In this document: piece by piece, positions 1-7,666 of the stretch | How the letters are laid out: the number at the start of each line of letters is the position of its first letter | Numbering within the stretch: position 1 is the stretch's first letter | NCBI GenBank assembly: GCA_964511325.1 | Contig: CAZEET010000001.1 | Location: 1 to 29,195, forward strand | Length of the DNA: 29,195 bases | Source: an uncultured Candidatus Bathyarchaeia archaeon | GTDB lineage: Archaea > Thermoproteota > Bathyarchaeia > TCS64 > B23 | Direction of reading: 5' to 3' | Position numbers and translations under genes: made by a program | Notes under the pieces: generated by a model | The model's database searches: none | What the model saw: the letters and a program-made list of their open reading frames with translations, nothing else | Told to the model about the DNA's origin: nothing

Positions 1-312
1 TACAGGGCGGCTTGGATGCTGGATAAGAAGTATGAGAAGGCTGAGCCTGGGAAGACACCTGATCGACGTATGTCACTAGAGTGCTGTAAATATATCTCGA
101 TGTGTAAGCTATTGGCTCCGAGGCTGGCTTATGACATCTTCACGAAGGTTATGCTCTGGTTCGGAGCTTATGGTTACACGAAGGAATGCCCCCTGGAGAT
201 GGGTCTCAGAGGCGTGATGAGCTACTACATCGGAGCTGAGGGAGCCACCAACATACAGAGGGTTATCATAGCGAGGGAGACCCTCGGCAGGGAGTACACG
301 AGGGCGAGGTAG
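1..312 (+). CDS. Acyl-CoA dehydrogenase, C-terminal part (gene starts before the window)
   Basis: Frame is open from base 1 (YRAAWML...). It contains the ACAD C-terminal signatures FGAYGY and IGAEGATNIQRVIIAR (typical form: GGxGY...EGTxEIQRxIIAR). Confidence 0.85.
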   Translation, partial: YRAAWMLDKKYEKAEPGKTPDRRMSLECCKYISMCKLLAPRLAYDIFTKVMLWFGAYGYTKECPLEMGLRGVMSYYIGAEGATNIQRVIIARETLGREYTRAR

Positions 313-323
313 CCTCCGCCTTT

Positions 324-1559
324 TTATCCCCTCGTCACCGTCGATGGCATGGAGAGCAGTATCAAGGCCTTACCCAATTGAGTTAGGAGGATTAGGTGGA
401 AGACGGCTGAGGGTGAGATGGCCTCCCATAGATAGCCTCCTATTAAGGGTGCCAGAACGCCTACAAGGCCCCTGATGAGGCCTAGGATGCCGAACCAGCT
501 TCCCAGTAACTCCCGGGGAATGATCTCCACCGTTATAGCTCCTTGGATCGCGGCGATGAGGGTGTTGAAGCCGTTGAGGAGGCCTGCGAGGAGGAGGAAT
601 TGAGGGGTCGGCGCATAGATGAGGAAGAGTAGGGAAGCGCAGTATAGAGGCATCATCGAGAAGATCACCCTCTTCCTACCAAATCTATCGGCGAGGTTTC
701 CGGTGGGAAGAGATAAGAGAACGATGATGAGGGTTGAAGCCATATTCATCCCCGCTATCACATATTGATCGGCTCCCTTCACCTCCTTAGCGTAGAGGGG
801 AAAGTAGGGGTATAGGTAGAATGGAAGGACGGAGAGGACGAGTAGAAGTATCCACCTCTTAACCATCCTCCCCTCCCTGAAGACTCTACCTACAGCTTCG
901 AAGATATTTAGCTGCTCTGTTCTACCCCTCGGCTCTATAGGATTGGTGAAGTAGAGGTAGATGATGAGCGCACCGATGGATACCCCTAAGCTCCTCAACC
1001 AATAAAGGGGCCTAATACCCCTCGCATTTAATCCCCCTGCGAAGGTGATTATCTGGGCCGCAACTAGGGGGGCTATCAACCTAGGTAGGGCAGAGAGGGT
1101 GTCGCAGAGCTGCATTCCAGTTACGCGCTCCTCATCTTTAAGGGTGTTACCGCAGATCATGGGGCAGACGGTCATCTCCATCCGGAGGGATAGGGCTGAG
1201 ATAAGGAAGGCTAGAGCTGTGATCTCCCAGCTCTTAGAAAGGGCGAAGATCATTGATCCCATGGCCATTAGAGGGAGTGCCATGAGAAGTATTCGCCTTA
1301 TGCCGAAGCGATCGGCGAGCCATCCGACGGGTACTGCTGTTAGGGCTCCCGCCACTCCGCCGACGCTGTTAACATACCCCAGCTTGACGGGGTCTGCGCC
1401 CAAGGCTGTGATGTATATGGATTGATATTGGTCCGTGAGGGAGAGGGAGAAGTTCTCGACTATGTTCTTCGCGAGATTCACCTTGAAGGGCTTCTCCTGT
1501 CTCTTTAGAAAGCTGACGAGTCCTAGGAGGCGGGATGCCATCTCCTTTACCCTCATCAA
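324..1559 (-). CDS. MFS transporter
   Basis: About 12 hydrophobic segments. MFS motif A occurs in both halves (GWLADRFGIRR and GNLADRFGRKR). Probable true start is ATG at 1541, preceded by AAGGAG. Confidence 0.9.
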   Translation of the reverse strand: MMRVKEMASRLLGLVSFLKRQEKPFKVNLAKNIVENFSLSLTDQYQSIYITALGADPVKLGYVNSVGGVAGALTAVPVGWLADRFGIRRILLMALPLMAMGSMIFALSKSWEITALAFLISALSLRMEMTVCPMICGNTLKDEERVTGMQLCDTLSALPRLIAPLVAAQIITFAGGLNARGIRPLYWLRSLGVSIGALIIYLYFTNPIEPRGRTEQLNIFEAVGRVFREGRMVKRWILLLVLSVLPFYLYPYFPLYAKEVKGADQYVIAGMNMASTLIIVLLSLPTGNLADRFGRKRVIFSMMPLYCASLLFLIYAPTPQFLLLAGLLNGFNTLIAAIQGAITVEIIPRELLGSWFGILGLIRGLVGVLAPLIGGYLWEAISPSAVFHLILLTQLGKALILLSMPSTVTRG

Positions 1560-1564
1560 CCATC

Positions 1565-1571
1565 TTTAAAA
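1565..1571. promoter_or_regulatory. TATA-like element TTTAAAA between divergent MFS and topA
   Basis: Only AT-rich box in the short divergent gap. It lies 23 nt from MFS ATG 1541 and 19 or 37 nt from the topA TTG candidates (1591, 1609). Confidence 0.4.
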
Positions 1572-1590
1572 GGGGCTCGGGATGTTCTAG

Positions 1591-3672
1591 TTGAAGGCTG
1601 ATCGGGCTTTGGGTAGGATACTCATCATATGTGAGAAGCCTAGGGCCGCCCAGAGGATCGCCGAGGCCCTCGACGAGGGGGGTAAACCCCTGAAGAGGCG
1701 TATGATGGGAGTCACCTACTATCTGGCGAGGAGAGAAGGCGATGAGCTCGTCATAGTCTCAGCTCTCGGACACCTCTATACCGTAGCCCAGAGGGAGGGG
1801 CGATGGACCTACCCAATCTTCGACTTCACTTGGGTTCCCGTCCATGAGGCTGACCGTAGGGCGGGGAAGAGGAGGAGCTTCATAGAGACCATTAAGCGAC
1901 TCTCCAGGGATGCGGAGGGCTATGTTAGCGCCTGCGATTATGACATCGAGGGAAGCCTCATCGCATATAACATCCTCCGTTATACCTGTGGCGAGGAGAG
2001 CCTAAAGACAGCAAGGAGAATGCGTTTTTCAGCCTTAACGAGGAGGGATATCCTCAGAGCCTGGGAGAACATGAGCAGAACACTTGACTTCCCTCTCATA
2101 GAGGCTGGGAGGGCTAGACATGAGGTGGATTGGCTCTTCGGCATAAACCTAAGTAGAGCTCTAACGCTCTCGGTGAAGAGAGCCTCAGGATTCTACAAGA
2201 CGCTGAGCATAGGCCGAGTCCAGGGGCCGACCCTAAGCTTCGTCAGGGATAGAGAGGTCGAGGTTCGAACCTTCGTCCCAAAGCCCTACTGGGTGATAGA
2301 GGCTGAGGCTGAGATCGAGGGTAGACGCCTGAAGATCGAGTATGCCAAGAGCCGCATCGAGAAAGAGGCCGAGGCTCTAGAGATCGAATGGCGATGTAAA
2401 GATAGGATGGGCATCCTGAAGGCCGTTTCAAGGAGCAGGTATCGAATTCCGCCTCCAACGCTCTTCAACCTTGGAGATCTCCAACGTGAGGCGTATAAGG
2501 TCTTCAGGTACAGCCCCTCTAAGACGCTTAGGCTAGCTGAGAGCCTATACCTAGACGCCTACATCAGCTATCCAAGGACTTCGAGTCAGAAGCTACCGCC
2601 AACGATAGATGTGAAGGAGATACTCAGCGGATTGAGGGGGACAAAGTATAGTCCATTAGTCGAGGAGCTCCTCCTAAAGAGAATCCTGAGGCCTAGGGAA
2701 GGGAAGATGGATGATCCAGCTCATCCAGCTATCCACCCCACAGGAGTTGCTCCAAAGGGCCTTAGAGGAGCGGAGGCTAGGGTCTATGATCTCATCTGCC
2801 GACGTTTCATGGCCTCACTCGGCGATGAAGCTGTGAGGGAGAGGGTGAGAGCCGAGATCGATGTGGAGAGCCATCGCTTCCGCCTGAAGGGGGGGAGAGT
2901 CATCGAGGCTGGGTGGATGAGATTCTATCAGCCCTACATAAGGGAGAGGGAGGTGGAGCTTCCACATCTAGAGGAGGGAATGCCCATTAGGCTGTTGAAG
3001 GTGAGGGCCGTTAAGAGATTCACTAAGCCTCCCAGCAGGTATAATCAGAGCTCCCTTCTTAAGAGGATGGAGGAGGCTGAGATCGGAACTAAGGCGACGA
3101 GGGCTGAAATTCTTGACACCTTATATAGGAGGGGCTACGTCGAGGGCGATCCCATGAGGATCACAGACCTCGGCTTCGCCGTCGTCGAGACCTTAAGTCG
3201 CTATTGCCCGGAGATACTCTCAGTTGAGATGACGAGGAGCCTAGAGCGAAAACTTGAAGCCATCCAGCTCGGCAAGGTCGAGGCCGACGAGGTGGTGGAG
3301 GAGGCCGTTAAGGCCTTAAAGCCCATCTTGAGGCGGTTTAGAGAGCATGAAATGGAGATAGGTCTGGAGATCGACAGGGCGATTAGAGGTGACATCATCA
3401 GGGCTAACACCCTTGGAAGCTGCCCCCGATGCGGAAGGGAGCTCCGAATCTTCAGGGGGCGTGAATCTGGTAAGCGCTTCGCGGGATGCGTCGGCTATTT
3501 CGACGGCAGCTGCGCCGTCACCTATCCTCTTCCCCAGAGGGGGCGCATTGAGGCCACCGGTAAGCAATGCGAGGTTTGTGGAGCTCCGATTATAAGGGTT
3601 ATAAGGCGAGGCCGTAGGCCCTGGGAGCTCTGCATAAACCCAAGCTGTCCATCGAAGGGGGTGAGGCGTTGA
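1591..3672 (+). CDS. topA: DNA topoisomerase I (type IA) with C-terminal zinc ribbons
   Basis: TOPRIM motifs ICEKP, GHL and ACDYDIEG. Also SIGRVQGP, active-site YISYPRT, AHPAIHP and GTKATRA. Two C-terminal Cys4 ribbons (CPRCG..C..C and CEVCG..C.NPSC). Start may be TTG 1609. Confidence 0.97.
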   Translation: MKADRALGRILIICEKPRAAQRIAEALDEGGKPLKRRMMGVTYYLARREGDELVIVSALGHLYTVAQREGRWTYPIFDFTWVPVHEADRRAGKRRSFIETIKRLSRDAEGYVSACDYDIEGSLIAYNILRYTCGEESLKTARRMRFSALTRRDILRAWENMSRTLDFPLIEAGRARHEVDWLFGINLSRALTLSVKRASGFYKTLSIGRVQGPTLSFVRDREVEVRTFVPKPYWVIEAEAEIEGRRLKIEYAKSRIEKEAEALEIEWRCKDRMGILKAVSRSRYRIPPPTLFNLGDLQREAYKVFRYSPSKTLRLAESLYLDAYISYPRTSSQKLPPTIDVKEILSGLRGTKYSPLVEELLLKRILRPREGKMDDPAHPAIHPTGVAPKGLRGAEARVYDLICRRFMASLGDEAVRERVRAEIDVESHRFRLKGGRVIEAGWMRFYQPYIREREVELPHLEEGMPIRLLKVRAVKRFTKPPSRYNQSSLLKRMEEAEIGTKATRAEILDTLYRRGYVEGDPMRITDLGFAVVETLSRYCPEILSVEMTRSLERKLEAIQLGKVEADEVVEEAVKALKPILRRFREHEMEIGLEIDRAIRGDIIRANTLGSCPRCGRELRIFRGRESGKRFAGCVGYFDGSCAVTYPLPQRGRIEATGKQCEVCGAPIIRVIRRGRRPWELCINPSCPSKGVRR

Positions 3673-3944
3673 GGTGTAGGCTCTGCTGGAGAGACGCCGT
3701 TGAGGGGGAAGATTACTGTAACTATCACCTTGAAGCCTATCGGAGGCTTCAGGACGCCTATGAGGATTGGAAGAGGGCGATGGAGGTGAGCTGGGAGGAG
3801 TTTCTCAGGGAGGTCTCTGAAAACCCGGAGACTGGTGAGTGGGTCCGGGAGGTAGCCTTAAGTCTCCTCGGAGAATTCAGATCCTTATCTCCCAGCGGCT
3901 CTCCTTCCCCTCCCTCACCCAGACGCCGCCGATCTCCCTCATAA
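3669..3944 (+). CDS. Small putative zinc-binding protein (CxxC...CxxH), coupled to topA
   Basis: TTGA overlap with the topA stop and a GGTGAGG SD-like sequence upstream. Motif CRLC-x10-CNYH followed by helical acidic/aromatic segments. Confidence 0.75.
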   Translation: MRCRLCWRDAVEGEDYCNYHLEAYRRLQDAYEDWKRAMEVSWEEFLREVSENPETGEWVREVALSLLGEFRSLSPSGSPSPPSPRRRRSPS

Positions 3945-4206
3945 TATCGTTGATCCTTCCCCAGAGTTCTCCCAGGAATCTTCTAGGCGTGACAACTATG
4001 ATATTTCCCTCTCGTGTAAATTCGAGGATTGAGGGGTCCACTTCGATTGAGGAAAGGCGTTCCTTTATCTCCTCGATGGTTATGGCCTTAACCTCTGAGG
4101 GCCTGACCCCTCCGACGGAGATGATTATACCCAGCTTCGCCCCACACTCGGGGCAAGTTATCCACGTAACCTTAGTCTCCTCCCTCTCCCCCAAAGAGTG
4201 CACCAA
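3877..4206 (-). CDS. Hypothetical protein: N-terminal CPECG knuckle plus small alpha/beta domain
   Basis: 109-aa ORF with the same codon style as its neighbours. Contains CPECG and a C-terminal FLGELWGRINDIMREIGGVWVREGKESRWEI segment. Confidence 0.7.
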   Translation of the reverse strand: MVHSLGEREETKVTWITCPECGAKLGIIISVGGVRPSEVKAITIEEIKERLSSIEVDPSILEFTREGNIIVVTPRRFLGELWGRINDIMREIGGVWVREGKESRWEIRI

Positions 4207-4244
4207 TTAAAGGGTCTCGGAAGCTCTAATAAGCCCTCTGATGA

Positions 4245-4272
4245 TTTTCGTCTCAAATTTCTGAGACGAAAA
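4245..4272. promoter_or_regulatory. Inverted repeat TTTTCGTCTCA-AATTTC-TGAGACGAAAA (11+6+11), putative operator
   Basis: Perfect 11-bp arms in a divergent intergenic region. Matches the palindrome at 16107-16130 at 20 of 24 positions. Confidence 0.75.
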
Positions 4273-4332
4273 ACCCTCTCCGAAGCGATATTGAAAAATA
4301 AGGTCTCTTAACAATCTCTGAGAGGTGGTTCA

Positions 4333-4509
4333 ATGTCGAAGATCGAAATGGAGCGATATCGATGCCCCTACTGCGACTGGGACTCCGTGAGTCCTGGAGG
4401 TATAAGGTGGCATGTGAGCGTAGAGCATCCAGACAAGATGGAGGAGTTCATGGAGAAGCATTACCCAGAGATGGCTAAGAGGTTCCAGGAGGCTATGGAG
4501 AAGCGCTAA
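4333..4509 (+). CDS. 58-aa C2H2 zinc-finger protein (absent from the ORF track)
   Basis: MSKIEMERYRCPYCDWDSVSPGGIRWHVSVEHPDKMEEFMEKHYPEMAKRFQEAMEKR, giving C-x2-C-x12-H-x4-H. GAGGTG SD at 4322-4327, AT-rich box near 4293-4301, and a T-run just after the stop. Confidence 0.8.
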   Translation: MSKIEMERYRCPYCDWDSVSPGGIRWHVSVEHPDKMEEFMEKHYPEMAKRFQEAMEKR

Positions 4510-4762
4510 CACCCATTTTTCTACACGGCCAGGAACTCTATCCAAATCCATGAAACCCCATATTTCAAGAAGCCTCTAGAATTCACGTCGAATCGAGATC
4601 GAAGTTTAGGGGTTTAGACAATTCGAGTTGCATAGAGATGTCAATTCAAGGCCCCGTGGAAGAGGGGATTCGAGAGCTCGAACTCTTCGAAGGGTTAGAA
4701 CCTCTATCCATCCAGCTCGAAATGGGCAAAGAATAGATAAGAGGTTTTCAGAAGATGATTAA

Positions 4763-5503
4763 TTGATGTATGCCCTAAGGCTTACGGAGAGGGTATACCT
4801 CGTGGGAGGGGGAGCTTACGGCCTCTCGGATCCCCGTGACTGCAACATCTACCTCATCGATGGCGGTGGCGCCCTGGCGCTAATAGACGCCGGTGGGGGA
4901 GGAGGCGTCAAACGGATTATGGAGAACGTCAGGGGGCTGGGCCTGGATCCAAAGAGGATAGAGCTTCTAGTCCTCACCCACTGCCACTTTGATCACATAG
5001 GTGGAGCCGGAGGCATCAAGCGTGAAACAGGGTGTAGCGTTGCCGCCCATGAGGCGGAGGTCGAGGAGGTTGAGAAGCTGGGCCCCCTAACCCTCTATGA
5101 GATGGCTAAAGCTAGAGGTCTCGAGTTCGAAGGTGTTAAGGTCGACGTGAGGCTACAGGGTGGTGAGAGGCTTAAGGTCGGCGAGGTTGAGATCGAGGTC
5201 CTTCACACTCCCGGTCATACTCCCGGAGGCGTGTCACTGCTGTTGAGGGAGGACAAGGGCTTAGATCTATTCACAGGCGATACAGCCTCAGCCCAGGGCA
5301 GATTGGGCTGGATCAACGGCCCTGGGTGCAACCTAGATGAGTGGAAACGATCGATCAAACGGATGGTGGATCTCCAGCCGGATAGACTATTCCCTGGGCA
5401 TGGAGTCTTCGTCCTCTCAGGAGCCCTAGATCATCTTAGGCTCCTAGATGAGAAGATGAACGCCCCTTGGATAAACATCGTCACCACCGCGGACTTTAGA
5501 TAA
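4763..5503 (+). CDS. MBL-fold metallo-hydrolase
   Basis: THCHFDH (HxHxDH), PGHT, FTGD and PGHG metal-ligand motifs. Confidence 0.92.
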   Translation: MMYALRLTERVYLVGGGAYGLSDPRDCNIYLIDGGGALALIDAGGGGGVKRIMENVRGLGLDPKRIELLVLTHCHFDHIGGAGGIKRETGCSVAAHEAEVEEVEKLGPLTLYEMAKARGLEFEGVKVDVRLQGGERLKVGEVEIEVLHTPGHTPGGVSLLLREDKGLDLFTGDTASAQGRLGWINGPGCNLDEWKRSIKRMVDLQPDRLFPGHGVFVLSGALDHLRLLDEKMNAPWINIVTTADFR

Positions 5504-5515
5504 AAGGGAAGAGTT

Positions 5516-6325
5516 ATGAGACAGCTCGTCCTGGAGAAGCCATCGCTGGATGAAGCCTATGAAGCTGTGAGAAATGGCATCGCCCAGAGGAGGATGCTCC
5601 TAATCGTCGGGAACTGTACCGTCGACTATGTCGGCAGAGCCTCCTCCAAGTTGAGCCCTGGGGAACGGGTGCTTATCATAAAGCCCGATGGATCGACGTT
5701 AATCCATCGACCGAGGGACTATGCCCCGGTGAACTGGCAGCCTCCAGGCTCCATCTTCAAGACCCGCCTCGTCGATGGTTGCCTACACATTAGGGCCTAT
5801 AGACGTAAGGGAGGAGAGGTGCTTGATATCGCCTTTGATAGGGTCGCCCTCGTAGCCATCTTCCACCTCATCGATGACGGGGAGTTCTATCTCTATGCCA
5901 GCGAGGAGGACATGAAGCAAGCCATCCTACATGATCCATCCCTACTTGAGGAAGGTTTCAAACCCATCGAGACAGAGAAACCCGTCGAGCCCGGCTTCAT
6001 CGACATCTTAGGCGTAGATAAGGAGGGAGTTCTCACGGTTGTAGAGATTAAGCGTAGAGCCGCTGATAGGGCGGCTGTCCTACAGTTAAAGAGCTACGTC
6101 GATGCCCTGAGAGCTGAGACCCGGAGGAGGATTAGAGGTATTCTCGCCGCGCCTAGCCTCGCTAAGGGAGCTCAAAGCCTTATGGCAGCTCTAGACCTAG
6201 AGTTTAAGCCCTTATCCCCTAGGAGATGTGCAGATATACTTAGAGCCAGAAGGGGGAGGAGGCTGACGGAGTATCTCAACGTAAAGGGAGAGAAACGACG
6301 AGAGGAGAGCGGGTCTCAGCCCTAG
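5516..6325 (+). CDS. nucS: Endonuclease NucS/EndoMS (mismatch-specific)
   Basis: N-terminal C.VDY.GRA.S.L..G.R..IIKPDGS.LIH...PVNWQPPG. RecB-like catalytic IDILG...VEIKR...AVLQLKSY. Confidence 0.95.
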   Translation: MRQLVLEKPSLDEAYEAVRNGIAQRRMLLIVGNCTVDYVGRASSKLSPGERVLIIKPDGSTLIHRPRDYAPVNWQPPGSIFKTRLVDGCLHIRAYRRKGGEVLDIAFDRVALVAIFHLIDDGEFYLYASEEDMKQAILHDPSLLEEGFKPIETEKPVEPGFIDILGVDKEGVLTVVEIKRRAADRAAVLQLKSYVDALRAETRRRIRGILAAPSLAKGAQSLMAALDLEFKPLSPRRCADILRARRGRRLTEYLNVKGEKRREESGSQP

Positions 6326-6372
6326 TTTTGTTCCTTCCCTATAATGAGGTGCTTTCCAGAAAAAGGGAGGGT

Positions 6373-7575
6373 TTAAATGATCTCAAGCTCTTTTCCGATC
6401 TCCTCCAGAGCCTCGATAACTCTGTCTAGATCCTCCTGCGTGAGTTGCGCATGCATCTGTATCCTTATCCGAGCCTGGTCTCTAGCTACCATGGGGTAGA
6501 CGATGGGCGTTACATATATGCCTCTCTCATAGAGCTTCTCGCTCAGCTTCTTCGCCTTACTGCTCTCTCCGACGATAATTGGTATTATTGGCGTCTGAGA
6601 CTTGCCGGTGTTGAAGCCTAGATCCTGCACGGCCTTCCTGAAGTAGTTCGTGTTTTTCCATAGGTTCCTCACATGCCATGGCTCAGTTTCCAATACATCG
6701 ATGGCGGCGATGGTGGCTGCGACCACCGGCGGCGGAAGCGATGAGCTGAGAAGCCAGGTTCGACTCTTATTCCAGGCAAACTTGATGAGGTCTTCGGAGC
6801 CGCAGATATGTCCTCCCACTGTTCCATAGGCCTTGCTGAAGGTCCCCATATCGACGTGAACCTGATCATGGTTGAGGTGGAAGTGGGAGACTATGCCTCT
6901 GCCATCTTCGCCTAGAACTCCCTCTCCATGGGCGTCGTCGACGTAGACCATGGCACCATGCTCCTCAGCTAACTTAACGATCTCATCGAGGGGGGCGATG
7001 TCGCCGTCCATTGAGAAGACTCCATCCGTGATGATGAGTATCCTCCTGTAAGGCGGCTTATGTCTCTCAGCCTCATCGAGAACCTGGGCGAGATGCTCCA
7101 TATCCGTATGCCTATAGATGACTCTATCAGCCCTGCTCAGCCGGCAGCCGTCGATGATGCTTCCATGGTTAAGCTCCTCGCTGACGATTAGGTCTCCCTT
7201 ATCGACGAGCTGCGGTATCAATCCGGAGTTCACCATGAAGCCGGTGGGGTAGGTGAGCGCGGCCTCAGCCCTCTTCCACCTTGCCAATCGGCGCTCCAGC
7301 TCCATGTGGAGGCTCATCGTGCCGGAGATGGCCCTCACCGCTCCGGAGCCTACGCCATACTCCTTCGCGGCCTCTATGGCGGCCTCTATGAGCTTTGGAT
7401 GGGTTGCGAGACCCAGGTAGTTGTTGGAGCAGAGCAGTAGAACCTCCTTCCCCTCGACCACCGTTATAGGCTTACTCGGCCCCTCAACGGTCTTAAGCTT
7501 CCAGTCTAAGTCCTGCTCCGCTAGGGCGAGGTACTCCTCCCTTAGAAACTTCGTGGGATGCCTCTTGACGCTCAT
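6373..7575 (-). CDS. kbl: Glycine C-acetyltransferase (2-amino-3-ketobutyrate CoA ligase), AONS family
   Basis: CSNNYLGL, NHGSIIDG, DGVFSMDG, DDAHGEG and PLP-lysine GTFSKAYG. Divergent partner is a threonine dehydrogenase. Confidence 0.9.
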   Translation of the reverse strand: MSVKRHPTKFLREEYLALAEQDLDWKLKTVEGPSKPITVVEGKEVLLLCSNNYLGLATHPKLIEAAIEAAKEYGVGSGAVRAISGTMSLHMELERRLARWKRAEAALTYPTGFMVNSGLIPQLVDKGDLIVSEELNHGSIIDGCRLSRADRVIYRHTDMEHLAQVLDEAERHKPPYRRILIITDGVFSMDGDIAPLDEIVKLAEEHGAMVYVDDAHGEGVLGEDGRGIVSHFHLNHDQVHVDMGTFSKAYGTVGGHICGSEDLIKFAWNKSRTWLLSSSLPPPVVAATIAAIDVLETEPWHVRNLWKNTNYFRKAVQDLGFNTGKSQTPIIPIIVGESSKAKKLSEKLYERGIYVTPIVYPMVARDQARIRIQMHAQLTQEDLDRVIEALEEIGKELEII

Positions 7576-7666
7576 CCAATCCTATTGTCGATTATGAGGA
7601 TTAACGGTTTTCGATGAAAGAATTATCAATTAAATTCACCTTTTCCCTCTTGGAGGAGCATATATT

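Noticed and set aside
4330-4551. 73-aa minus-strand ORF in the track
   Set aside because: It is the antisense shadow of the 58-aa C2H2 gene, which has an SD, a motif and a terminator. The shadow has no recognisable motif.
4638-4736. 32-aa acidic ORF MSIQGPVEEGIRELELFEGLEPLSIQLEMGKE
   Set aside because: No SD, no properly spaced TATA and no motif. It cannot be distinguished from chance.
6373-7575. Annotation as bioF (8-amino-7-oxononanoate synthase)
   Set aside because: It is the same family, but the tdh neighbour and the absence of biotin genes favour kbl.
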